Under the pieces are notes generated by a model. It saw only the letters and a list, made by a program, of their open reading frames with translations. It searched no databases and had not been told where the DNA came from. From the NCBI GenBank assembly GCA_023920165.1, contig CP089277.1, forward strand, positions 4,278,001 through 4,342,000: a stretch of DNA of 64,000 bases, given 5' to 3'. Positions within the stretch are counted from its first letter, which is position 1; each line of letters starts with the position of its first letter. Shown here piece after piece: positions 1 to 11,748 of the stretch. The position numbers were made by a program, and so were the translations under genes. The DNA comes from Curvularia clavata. Lineage: Eukaryota.

Positions 1-749
1 TAGCCGATTATATAGAGGTGATGGTCGGCTTCGTGGGTCAGAATCGAGAGCTCATCCAGACTAGAGATATCGCATCCATTGTCATCGGATCCATCCAAGG
101 CTATACGTTCGCACCTTGAAAAGGGACGGCTCGGGTGCTGCGTTTGAGATGATACTGTTCTACAACGCCACGACTGAGAGAGTAATCAAAGGTGTGTCGA
201 GAGGTAATTCCCCTACAAGCAGAGTATCTGAGAGGAAGCAAGAGAAGGAAAGACAACCTACGGCGAGGCTCTAGATTCCGTGTTTTGTGATGCGGCTCGA
301 AAGCGATTCGGTTGCGAATTCGACCTGGTCAGCGATTGGTGTTGGGCTGTTTGCGGACAATTGAGGTGTGACCGCCTGCAAGCGGTTGCCTGAGATTCTC
401 GAATCCATTCTCGCTTGACGTCTTGGATGGGTTCCATCACTAAGCGCCAGCAGATAGTGCAGGATAGGAAGGCAAACATGACATAGTGTGGTTCAAAGAA
501 TTAGGTATCTGCAGTCCTTTATTGCTTATCTACTATCTCCTACAGAGCGCACAGCTATGACTTCAACGTAGTCCCTCGAAGCGTCCAGTTGCCTTATTTA
601 GATCACAGGGTAAATCGGGTCGATGATAGGTATCCCACTAGTTTACACGTCGCAATATAGGATCTCGGTGCGTCCCTGACGTCCTTTATTGTTGGTTCTT
701 TGAATCATGATAAAGCATAGCTCTGCCCAGCTATACCACGAAGTCTTTC

Positions 750-1843
750 CCAACGCAGAACCCTGTCTCTGAACACACCAATCCGTCCTCGTACATGGGC
801 AACTGATGAATGGGCTCGATAACCTGGCTGGGTACCTCCAGCTCACCGGCATACTGGATCAAAACCAGGCCAGTTGCCTACGTCCTCCGCTATGGCTTTG
901 GCTTGCTTTCGCTTGGCAGGATGAGCCCGCTGCACATGGCTCTTGATCTGGCTGGGCAAAACGCCATGTTGGCACTCTCTGCACACGGCCAACGCGTACT
1001 CGACCAAATGCTCAAAATGCTAGCCTCGAACGCTGCTCTCTGCCATAATTACACGACGGTTGCAATAACGATAAATTTCACAATATCGTCTGCAAACCAT
1101 AAATGAAAGTGGGCTTCGTTGGCCTATAGACACGGCTTTATGTCTCGTGTTATGGGCGCGTATCTGCTTTTCGTGGTGGCTGGTCGTTATCTGGGAACGC
1201 CTCCAAACCTGGCTGGGGTATCGTGACGTCACGACCGAGCTTCGCAACAAGGGCAGCATTTCGGTCCTGACTTTTCAGGCCTTTAGCCCATGTGATATAT
1301 GTGCAAAAGCTGAGGTCTGTTTAGTGAGACATGATGAGGACGGCTGTAGCCGAGAGTTTTCATTGTATGCTCCGAGACTGCTGATTGGCTTTAAAATGAA
1401 GTCTTATAAGGTTGGAACTGGTCATAATATATCTAAGAAGCGCGGCACCACCTTTGGCTTGTCCCACTGCGACTGCGGTTTGTGATAGCGCACCACCGTC
1501 ATCACCTGCCCGTTCATGACGAAGACGTTGCGGTGCTGCAGCCGCCGCCCGTTACCGTACCGCATTGTCATCGCCTCCTGCAGCGGGATCGCGAACCGGT
1601 CGTCGCGCCGCGCCACCCACACCAGCTCCTCCAAAGCTTCTGCTCCGCCTCGGCGACCACGTCCTGCGCCATCTTGTGGAACCGGGCGATATGTATCGGG
1701 CGCCCGTTCAAGTAGAAAGATGCTCTTGTCGGTCGACCAGTACGCGTTGCTCCTGTAGAAATCTTGGCGGTTGGATCAAAGGAGGGTAGAATACAGGCAC
1801 GGGGGGCTTTCTGGGATGATCGAAGAACGATCTGAAGCGGCAT
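750..1843 (-). pseudogene. Degraded fragment of a fungal telomere-linked RecQ-helicase-type (TLH-like) gene
   Basis: Broken minus-strand ORFs in different frames. 1422-1634 encodes ...HRNVFVMNGQVMTVVRYHKPQSQWDKPKVVPRFL, 1568-1843 encodes FYLNGRPIHIARFHKMAQDVVAEAEQKLW, and 1020-1259 contains RHKAVSIG. These resemble the non-helicase region of fungal telomere-associated RecQ-like proteins (recognised from memory). Boundaries approximate. Confidence 0.45.
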
Positions 1844-2424
1844 AATTGTCAGATGTTAACTACGTCGTGAGGTGGTTTTAGCGCATTGGTCAGAGAGGGT
1901 CCTCTAAGGCACATCATAGATAGCAGCAACGCGTCGCTAGCTAAACAGTGGGTCATATTTCATGAGTTAGATAGCAAGCATAGTCAACCCCATTTCCACG
2001 AGAAAGCAATTCAAGACCAGGCTGTTGAGACATCAGATCAAAGGTGGGATGAGATGTCGTCTCTGCAAAAGTAAGCAGTTCGGTGTGGTGAGGGACTCGG
2101 TGGTGCGACACGTTACATGTATTGTATTTTTCGTTCTAATGTCATCTCCAGATCGATTGTTGATATGATTACGTCTCTTATGGCTGCTAGTTCAGCAGTA
2201 TCTCATCGCGTGGACCGCAACCGAATGGGAAGATTATCCCATCGGGCAACAGCTATCTAGAACTTCTAGACATTCATTCAATTGTATCGTTAATCGTTTG
2301 AGCTGTGCGATAAAATTTATGTTAGCACTAGTATCTTAAGTTCTCATCGACCGGAATGACCAGCAGAATATATGATGAAGTATCGAAACTGATAGAGAGA
2401 AATGCTGATAAACAACACGCTCTC

Positions 2425-3373
2425 TTATGTTAGGCGAGAGAGAAAAGATGTCAGTAGACGTACATTCTGAGACTCGAATATGTTGAAGTGGTGAGTGTTC
2501 GTGTCCACGGCGACCTTGATGAAACTGGGGAAATTACTATCCCAACCTAGCAGTGTCTCGTGACGGAATCGATCTACGAAACACGGCATTTTCGAATCTG
2601 TATCAGTTGGTATGGCCTGAGCGCATCTGATCAGAGCTGCTGGGGGTAATTCGATGTAGCGTTCCAAAGTAGAGGTGCCATGCTCGAAGCTTTGCATTTT
2701 GACATCTTCCCAGCCCTTACATAGGGGCTTGTATAGGATCCTGCCGTTTGCTACCATGAAGGTCTTGCCACCCGCGCTACAACGTATAGTTTTGCCTTCC
2801 AAAGCAGACGCAGTCCATGGAGGTAGTTCCCATTTGTCTAAAAGGACATCGTAATTCTCAAATGACTTACGGACGAGTTCCGGAAGGTGTTGAAAGTTAG
2901 GATCTGGGGCGTGAGGTGGCAGCTTACTCATTGGGGTGTGATACGGAGAGTCAACAAGCAAGATGCCGGCGACAGAGAAGGTAGGATTTGTGATAGCCGT
3001 TAATTTGTGAGCAATCGTGAGCGCGAGATAACCCCCGAGCGACCATCCTGCGACATATGAGTGAGTGCTTCAATCTACGGTGTACGGTACCATTTTTTGT
3101 TCACATACCTCCGAGCAAGATCGAACCTCGAATTCCTGCCGTTTCAATCAATTTTATGTAGTGCTCGGCAATCTCGCCAAACCCGCCCTTCCACGGCGTG
3201 CTTTTATCAAAGTGTGGGTCATGAATAGCCCAGACATCGCGGTTCAAGCTGCCCAAGCGGAAATAACTAAAGGTCGTGCCACTAGAGTCGTGAATGAGTA
3301 CCAGCGGAGTCGGTCGTTGGAATGAGCAGAGCGAGCCGGTTTGTATCCTCAATGGATTGTCTTCACTCTCCAT
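2425..3373 (-). CDS. kk1J: Type II (editing) thioesterase, alpha/beta-hydrolase; 2 exons (3373-3109, 3047-2425), ~295 aa
   Basis: Exon 1 has PLVLIHDSSG. Intron GTATGT(3108)...CAG(3048). Splicing creates the nucleophile motif GWSLGG, followed by LLVDSP and a C-terminal HHFNIF. Confidence 0.85.
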
Positions 3374-4092
3374 TCTCCTTATTTTGCAACTTCTGATACC
3401 CTCAATGAGAAACAGGGCAATTTGTTATGAGAGGAGAGAGTCTGTCTCTTTCTCCTTACTAGATTCCCCCACTTTCCGTTGTTGGGTCACGTGGCTTAGA
3501 TTAGGCGGGGCCGCGAGGTAAGGACAAGAGTCGGCTGGATCCTAAGTTCAGGCATAGCGTGCTTTATATGGAGGATTTGCAGACTTGTCCTCGCATCACG
3601 CGGCTCATTTACCACAATCGCGTCATCAGTGGTTATGGCGTCTCCGTCACCGTCATTCTAGGCAGTCGGCCAAATAAGCATAATCACTCAAATGGAGCTT
3701 ATCACTTAGTTCTTGGTCACTTGCTCAAAAGCGCGGTGATATACTAGATCCTGGTCATAGATTCTTTATTATGAGTCTACATGTCGTACGATAGGCTACT
3801 AACCTGATGTATGGTCGGCTCCATGCCAAGTCGGATGTTAAGTGTTGCATCTCCTCACCAGCAGGCAGGCCACTTTGGCTCCATCTTAGCACGGACCCTG
3901 GTAGTGCTTGATAGTCCCCGCTTACAATTTTGCTCTATAAGTACTAACGTGTTGAACATTCAAAGTGCTTCAAATCGCAAAACATTCATGCATCTTCGCT
4001 TTTATTGATCTGGTAACCCTGTAGGAAATGCATTGTTGAAAATACTTCATACTTCCAAATACCACCCTCACAGAATTACCAAAATCAACACG

Positions 4093-5028
4093 ATGACGAA
4101 AAGGGAAAGCAACACTCTAGCGGTGCTCGGATGCGGTATGGTTTCTCTTGTATCATTATTAGATCTGGCTAACAGACTGTTAGGTGCGCTTGGCACCGCC
4201 ATTCTCTCAGGCATACTTGCTTCTATGGCAGATAAGACAGCCGATGATTCGGGTCGCCTGTTTACGAATTTCACTGCCTGTGTGCGTCGCAAAGAGACCG
4301 GTGCTGCTGTTAGTGATAAGATCAGTTCGCACGCCAATGCACACAAAGTCGAGATATTGAACAAGGAAAATCTACGGGGCGTCAAGCAAGCAGATGCTGT
4401 TCTTTTAGCCTGCCAAACGCACCTATACAAAGCTCTATTCGACGAGCCAGGGATGCGAGAGGCACTGAAGAAGAAACTGATCATCAGCGTGCTGGCTGGT
4501 GTTACCACAGCACAACTCGAAGCAGCGCTGGGGAATGGTGAGGATTACTTTGTAATCCGAGCTATGCCAAATATCGCATGTTTTGTACGAGATTCTGCAA
4601 CCGTCATCGAGAAGCCTCAGCGAACTTTCCCAGAGGCATTGCTTCACGTCACCGACACCGTCTTCAAAGCCGTGGGCAGCGTCTTTTACATCCAACCATC
4701 TGCCTATGACATATGTACTGCTCTCTGTGGTTCATCACCCGCATTTCTTGCAGTATTTATTGACTCTATGGTGGATGGTGCGGTAGCCATGGGGCTAAGT
4801 CACAAGGACGCAGTCGACATGGCGGCCTGCACAATGAGGGGAGCTGCCAGTTTGATGCTAGAGAGCGGCAATCCTTGGACGATACGACACCAGGTGGCGT
4901 CACCTGGAGGCTCGACCATGCAGGGTCTGCTGGCACTTGAACAAGGAAATGTGAGATCAATCATCTCCAACGCGTTGATGGTCGCGGCGAAAGAAGCAAA
5001 AAAGCTGGGGTCGAAAGAAAACGCGTAG
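4093..5028 (+). CDS. kk1I: Pyrroline-5-carboxylate reductase family protein (probable P6C to L-pipecolate reductase); intron 4136-4183, ~295 aa
   Basis: Removing the 48-nt GTATGG...CTAAC...TAG intron restores the Rossmann motif LGCGALG. ProC motifs ISVLAG, IRAMPN, TALCGSSPAF and VASPGGSTMQGL are present. Confidence 0.9.
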   Translation: MTKRESNTLAVLGCGMVSLVSLLDLANRLLGALGTAILSGILASMADKTADDSGRLFTNFTACVRRKETGAAVSDKISSHANAHKVEILNKENLRGVKQADAVLLACQTHLYKALFDEPGMREALKKKLIISVLAGVTTAQLEAALGNGEDYFVIRAMPNIACFVRDSATVIEKPQRTFPEALLHVTDTVFKAVGSVFYIQPSAYDICTALCGSSPAFLAVFIDSMVDGAVAMGLSHKDAVDMAACTMRGAASLMLESGNPWTIRHQVASPGGSTMQGLLALEQGNVRSIISNALMVAAKEAKKLGSKENA

Positions 5029-5826
5029 GAAGAGCGTAGAATTCGTAAAAAGCACAGGCTGTTGGCAGCACTTTTGCATTTCCGTCCAGTACTCTGATCA
5101 GGTAACGACAGTTACGAACCAAACTTTTGTTTCTCTCAGCCACATACCTACTCGTGAAACCTTACATCAAGACCGCTCATGTAGTCAGGCGGAAAAATGC
5201 CTTCTGTACAGCCACTAACGACTAACAACTAACACACCGTGTAGAAGCTCTATCCAAGGTACCATGGCTCCGTGACGCCTTGGACAAAGATCTTTAGAAA
5301 CCTACGCTGTCATTCGCCTGATAAACTGTCCTTAGTGTCATCAACCCGGTTGCGGCTACACTCCAAGAAACAAAGACGCTTCTAGAAGCATGCGCCATGG
5401 CTTTAGTGGCTTCAGCCTCTTCGGTGGCACCTTTGTACCTGCATTGGCAGCACGGACCATCGTCCCACCAGTCATGGTCCGAACTTACGTTCACTACCCA
5501 ACCATCCCGACCTGACTAGTGAAATCCCAAGGAGACGATATTAGTAACTCTGTGGTGACAAGGCTCAAGACGACGGCGGGTCGCCTTTCGGGAGTAGGTA
5601 GCAGGCACGGGGGGGCCACATCATGTTATATATGCCGTTCCCCTTCGTAGGACTAACCCCATCTCAGCCACATCGCATCACCACTCGCTGAAGAAAACCC
5701 AGCACGATAAGAGAATCAGGACAGGTGACCTCAACCGTGATCCCACTATCAATCTTTTTCTTTAGCCAATTGGCTGGACTAGCCCATCGCGAGTTGTTCG
5801 CCCGGAAAAACGCCCGTTCGCCTGCG

Positions 5827-6873
5827 ATGAAGCTCACCGTTTTCAGTGCGAAACCCTACGATATCGAATACCTGGGTGGCATCGCTACTAAGCGAAACCC
5901 CTCGCCTGCAATTGAGATCAACTTCCTGCATGTCCCGCTCTCCAGCAAGACGGCCGCGTTCGCCAACGGCGCTGATGCCGTCTGCGTCTTCGTTCACGAT
6001 GTGCTTGACGCCAACGTCCTCCGCGAACTATACGCCGCCGGCGTGCGCGCCATTCTCTTCCGCTGCTCAGGGTATAACAATATTGACCTAAGGGAGGCTG
6101 AGCACTTAGGCTTCTTCGTCGCCAACGTCCCTTCGTACTCGCCGGAGGCAGTCGCCGAGTTCGCAGTCGCGCTCATCCAAACACTTAACCGGAAGACGCA
6201 CCGGGCATACAACCGCGTGCGGGACGGCAATTTTAACCTCGACGGCCTACTCGGACGAACACTACACGGCAAGACAGTCGGCATTGTAGGGTCAGGCCGG
6301 ATCGGACTCGCCATGGCGCAGATCGTGCAGGGCTTCGGATGCAAGCTGTTGGCATACGATCCTCGGCCTACAGAAGCCTTCAAGAAGTACGGCGAATACG
6401 TGGACCTCGATACGCTGCTGTCACAATGCGACATTGTAAGCTTACACTGCCCGCTGATGGACTCGACGCAGCACATCATCAACGACACAACTGTCAGCAA
6501 AATGAAGCGCGGCGCGATGCTCGTCAACACGTCGCGTGGCGGGCTGATCGACACGCAGAGCGTGATGAAGGCGCTGAAGAGCAAGCGTCTGGGCGGGCTA
6601 GCCCTCGACGTTTACGAGGGCGAGCACGCGCTCTTCTACAAAGACCATTCGGGTGACATCATCCATGACGATTTGCTCATGCGCCTCACCACGTTTCACA
6701 ACGTCGTTGTGTCTGGCCACCAGGCATATTTCACTGAAGAGGCACTCACAGAAATTGCGGAGTGTACGCTGAGGAATCTGGATGATTGGGCGAAGGGAGT
6801 GCCAACGGCGAATGCACTGGTGCAGGGCAGGAATTCGAATGGGAGGAGGGAGCGGGGGTTGGCGCGGCTCTGA
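5827..6873 (+). CDS. kk1H: NAD-dependent D-lactate dehydrogenase (D-2-hydroxyacid dehydrogenase, LdhA-like), intronless, ~348 aa
   Basis: Start MKLTVFSAKPYD; motifs VPSYSPEAVAE, GKTVGIVGSGRIG, SLHCPL, LVNTSRGGLID, ALDVYEGE and catalytic GHQAYFT. Confidence 0.92.
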   Translation: MKLTVFSAKPYDIEYLGGIATKRNPSPAIEINFLHVPLSSKTAAFANGADAVCVFVHDVLDANVLRELYAAGVRAILFRCSGYNNIDLREAEHLGFFVANVPSYSPEAVAEFAVALIQTLNRKTHRAYNRVRDGNFNLDGLLGRTLHGKTVGIVGSGRIGLAMAQIVQGFGCKLLAYDPRPTEAFKKYGEYVDLDTLLSQCDIVSLHCPLMDSTQHIINDTTVSKMKRGAMLVNTSRGGLIDTQSVMKALKSKRLGGLALDVYEGEHALFYKDHSGDIIHDDLLMRLTTFHNVVVSGHQAYFTEEALTEIAECTLRNLDDWAKGVPTANALVQGRNSNGRRERGLARL

Positions 6874-6959
6874 GGGAAGGAAGGACAGATACTGGACAGG
6901 GAAATCGCCGGAGCAACACATTCTTGACTCTTAGCGTTCTAGACAAACATTTTTGTATC

Positions 6960-7410
6960 ACCTTTTAAGCTCACTTTAGTTTAGCTATAACTAGGCTACT
7001 CGTATATATATAGAGACCAATAATAGACTATACGTCAGCTTAATAAGACTCTAATCTACATCGATGAAACCTACAACTCTGACATCTTTTATGGATTTAT
7101 AATTTTCGCCTTTACTTTATCTTGCAAAACTCTAAGCAAAAGCAGAGATGAAGTAAAAAGATAAAACATTGTTTGAAACGCTACTAGTTGATAGTATTAT
7201 TAGTTATATACTGTAAAAGTATTTTGAAACTATGTAATAAGGCGCCGTTGAACCCGGCTCTGTGTTTTATATACAGTATAACTAGTGACTAACTACATAT
7301 ATAATCATAATTTAAGTTTCTGCATAGTTACCCTAATATTGCTAGTTAGTCAGTCTAAGTAAGTACCAGAATAGGAAGTAGTAGTTGATCCCCAACCGAC
7401 GGAAATTTAA
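6960..7410. other. AT/TpA-rich tract, possibly a RIP-degraded repeat, between the convergent kk1H and kk1G 3' ends
   Basis: Abrupt drop in GC, abundant TA/TAG/CTA, no ORF. Confidence 0.4.
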
Positions 7411-7464
7411 CTCTACATGTTACAGAGAAGGGATCTAGAGACAGCAAGAAAAAAGAGGGCGTTT

Positions 7465-10400
7465 TCAGCGATCGAGGGCCTGGGCTTGACACTACATTTA
7501 ATTAGCATCTTTAAAAAATGATTCGTGACTAAGAGTTGAAATACCATCTGCCAGTACACGCCCTTTTTCCGGAGCAGTGTCTGATGATCCCCCTTCTCTA
7601 GCACCTTTCCACTGCCCAGTACAAAGATAACATCCGCCTTCTGAATTGTAGCCAGCCTATGGGCAACAATTATGACGGTTCGGTCACCTTCGCCTGCAGC
7701 TCGCTCGATAGCTTCCTGGACGTATTTCTCGCTCTCTGAATCTAGCGAGCTGGTTGCTTCATCGAGGAGTAGGATTTTCGGTTTACGCAACAGCGCCCTG
7801 GCAAGAGAGATTCGCTGTTTTTGACCACCCGAGAGAGACATTCCTTTCGGTCCCAAGCGCGTCTCGTAGCCTTCTGGAAGCGAGGTGATGAAGTCATGAA
7901 TTTGCGCATCACGGCAGGCCTGTTTGATGTCGTCGTCGGATGCAGACTCTACACTCAGAGATATGTTTTCTCGAATGCTGCCTTGGTAGAGCGTGGGCTC
8001 TTGGCTCACCAGGCTCATTTGTTTCCGGTACTCTGCCGGGCTGAACGTGGTGATGTCTTGCCCGTTGTATAGAATATGGCCCGAACTCGCATCGTAGAAG
8101 CGTTCGAGAAGAGACAGTGTTGTTGATTTACCAGAGCCGCTACTGCCTACTAACGCAGCAACCTGACCCGGTAGAATTTGCAGATTGAGGTTGGAAAGAA
8201 CAGGCACGTCTCGGGACTGGTATTTGAAGGAGACATGTTGAAATTCAATGCCCACTCCCTCATCTGAGTGTGGAAGAGGCGAGTAAGATGATGGATCCGT
8301 CGATGTTGGCCGCATGCTAAGGATTCGGTTTGCAGCGCCTGTCGCTTGAGCCATGCTTGGGGTAAAAGAGAACCAGATTCCTGCTGCCGTAGCGCCTTGA
8401 ATGATGGCCATGTAGACAATGAAGAACTGAACAAGATCATATTCACGAGATGCAAGAAGTTTTCCGCCGTACCAGAAGGTCAGAGACATACATGCAAGCT
8501 CAAGACTGTCACTTGCAGCGAAAATAATGGTACCATATTTTGCCTTGGCCAAAGCTTCCACAACGTGGCCCTTGAGCAACTTGTCGTAGCGGCTTCTAAT
8601 CATCGGCTCCATGAGCAGACTTAGCACAGTGCGGAAACCCGCCACCGCTTCTGTAGCAAACTGGCTGCTGTCCTCGAAAACTTTTGCGTTCTCAGCCTCG
8701 AGTTGTATCTCGAGACGCGTGCGCACGTGTCCGGCACCAAGAATGAGAGGCAAGGCAGCAAATAAACCAACAAGGGAAAGCTTCCAGCCGTAAACGAAGG
8801 CGATAATTGTACATCCGAGAAGGTTGGTGCAGGCAATGAGCGCCATGCTCATCTCCATCGACAACAACTGCTGGACCTGTTGACTGTCCGAGCTCAGTCT
8901 TGACGTAAGGGAGCCTGGGCTGTGAACTTTATCGTCAAAAAAGAGGATTGGTTTCCGGATCATGTTGCTGAGGTATTCTGATCGATACGTGCGTGTTAAT
9001 TCGACAGAAATTAGATGTGAGGCAGCACCAAGCAGATAGTACGACAGTCCAACCCCACCCGCAAGTACGCCGAACATGCCTGCCCAGAAGTTGCCTTGTT
9101 TGACGAGCTCGGGACTTGTAAGTGTGAAGACGTTGATAATCCTTGCGAAAATGTACGCTTGGAGTGGGTAGACTGCGCCGGCTCCGAGTATGCCTATGCA
9201 GCAAACGCTGTAGAGGATCCAATGGTGACGTTGCTCTACAACAAGTCGACCGAGACTGTGAAATAGACCTACATTTTGATATGTTGAATCTTCTTTAGAA
9301 GCATGTCCCTCGAATCCGCTACTAGCGATATCCTCCTTAGTGTCGTTCATTTTGATGTTCTCTAAGCTTGAGCTGTGAGAATCGTCGTCTTCAGCGTCCA
9401 TTTCTAGCTCTTGGGCATGAACTAAGCCGTAATAGACCCCATCTCCGTTTTTCAGCAGCTCTTCGTGCGTGCCCTGCTCGACCAGCTGGCCCTGCCGTAA
9501 GACGACTATGCTGTCCGCCCGTTTGATTGTGGATAGGCGATGTGCGATGACAATCGTGGTACGGTTCTTAGAAACACGATCAAGCGCTTCCTGAACAATT
9601 CGCTCCGTTCTGACATCGATGGCACTCGTTGCCTCGTCTAGAATGAGAATCGGCGGTCGTTTGATGATACTCCTGGCAATGGCGATACGTTGACGCTGGC
9701 CACCAGAAAGTTTGATGCCGCTCTCGCCCACAAGCGTGTCCAACCCTTGTGGGAGCCGCGAGATGAACTCCTCCGCGCACGCCTCGCGACACGCCTCATC
9801 GACCATTATCTTCTTTTCATCTTTGGACAGTCCTTCATAATGGGTCCCGCAGAGTCCAAACACAATATTGTTGTATATTGTATCATTGAACAAGAAAGGC
9901 TCCTGCTGGACCATGCCGATTTGCGAACGCCACCATCTCACATCCACATTACGAAGATTTGTTCTGCCAACACTCAACGAGCCAGTGCAAGTATTTGGCC
10001 CGAGATCTTGTTTTGGTCCTTCTTCTTCCCCAGCCTTCCCCTTTTTGGATTTCTTGTTTGTATTGTCATAGCCTGCTTCTATTGGGCTGGAGGCCATAGT
10101 GGATGATGAAGGAATCTCTGTCTCGTCGATTTTCTTAGCAGTAGCTGTTGTGCCGAGAAGGTCGTACCATCGCTGGATAAGGCCAACAATCGTGCTTTTC
10201 CCGGACCCCTAAGTACGAAAGTACACGGTCAACGTCTGTTTCATGTGGGATTATATACTGGGCTCACTTACCGATGGACCTACAATGGCAGTGACTTTGC
10301 CAGCAGTAATTGTCAAATCAAGTCCCTTAAGAATTGGGACGCCCGGCCGGCTCGGGTACGAAAAGGCAACATTGATGAAAGTGATATTAGCATTACCTGT

Positions 10401-11748
10401 AACCTCGGGCTCTTTGACACCAGATGTATCGGGGAACGAAGTGTCGATTGTGACAAAGAGCTCGGTCGCAGCAGTCGCGGCTTTTGCGATAGAAACAATC
10501 GGAGACGCGACTCGCCCAATATTCATTACGGCCATCATGACTGAGAAGAGCACGACGGTGATGTCGCCGACGCTTGAGATTCTCCCTTTTGTATATTCCT
10601 TGATTCCGAACCAGAAGGTAATACCGAAGATACCGTACATGGCCACCATAGCCGGGGACATGGTCAAGCCCATTAACGGCGCAGCTCTTTTCTCATTGCT
10701 TGCGGCTTTGGAGAGCATGACTCCGTGCTGCTTAGCAAGTCTCGACTCGGTGCCAAAGGCGACAATCATCCTAATGGAGGAGAACATTTCATACGCCATA
10801 GCCGATGCTTCCTCTTGGAACTTGTCGGTGATCTGGTGGATCCGGAGAAAGGGCGGGAACATGGCGCCGTATACGATCAGGATGAAAGGGAGACCCGTCG
10901 AGGCGATCAGCGTCAACTTCCACCCTTTTACGAACGCCACCACGTATAGTCCGACGGTGAAGGCAAGAGACTGGAACAGGGTTGCAAAATGCTGCGAGAT
11001 GGCAAGCTGGACGATATTCGATGACGTCGTGATGCGATTGGCAACCTTGCCGGGACTGACGGTGTCGATAACGCTCACTGGCTGGGCGAAGAGTGCACGC
11101 AAGTATGCCAGGCGAAGCGCAGCCGATATTCTCATACCGCTGATCCGAATTGCGAGCTGCCTCGATTGTCAATCTGTTATAGAGTGAAACAGAGAAAGTT
11201 GCACGTACCATGGAAATGTACGACATGGCAAACTTGCCTATGAAGAGGTAGAGGATATAGAGGGCTAGTTTGTTAATCTCTGCCTCGAATTCATGTCGGG
11301 TGACATTTGATCCTGGGATGAAGTAGTTTGTAAAATTTCCTACGAGGTTGCCTGTGGTGATTTAGCAAGGATTACTAGCTGGAATATCCTAGAGCATACC
11401 AAAGACAATGTTCATCAGCGGCATCGCAGTACCTGCTCCAATAGACGTAAAGCAACATAGTGAAATTAAAAAGTAGTCAAGCTTTGTCCCATATGAAAAG
11501 ACACGCTGGCTGCCGTTAGCTGGTGTTCTCGCGATACGCAGGGGGTAGCTACACACAAGGTAATTCTTGAAAGAAGCCTGCGGGGCTCCTTTAGTCTCTG
11601 GAGCATCGGTCTCGACTTGTTGGACTGCCGGGCTCTCGTCATAGCCCGCGATATTTGCATTCGCGTGTGTGAGTGTCTGCGCATTGTGTTCTGCCCTCGC
11701 TGCTTCTTCAGAGCGCGAGCGCAGCGGCGGCAGCTCGATAGCACTCAT
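7465..11748 (-). CDS. kk1G: Full-size ABCB/MDR (P-glycoprotein-type) exporter, TMD-NBD-TMD-NBD; 6 exons (11748-11557, 11505-11400, 11351-11209, 11156-10272, 10208-7545, 7491-7465), ~1338 aa
   Basis: Walker A motifs GPSGSGKST (split by intron 10271-10209) and GSSGSGKST. Signatures LSGGQRQR and LSGGQKQR. Walker B LILDEATS and LLLDEATS. H-loops IAHRLST and VAHRLAT. All five introns are GT-AG, and the C-terminus is CQAQALDR*. Confidence 0.92.

Noticed and set aside
5725..5826. N-terminal extensions given by the ORF track (5725 for D-LDH; also 4033 for P5CR and 25327 for kk1D)
   Set aside because: These use GTG/TTG starts. The eukaryotic ATGs at 5827, 4093 and 25279 fit better.
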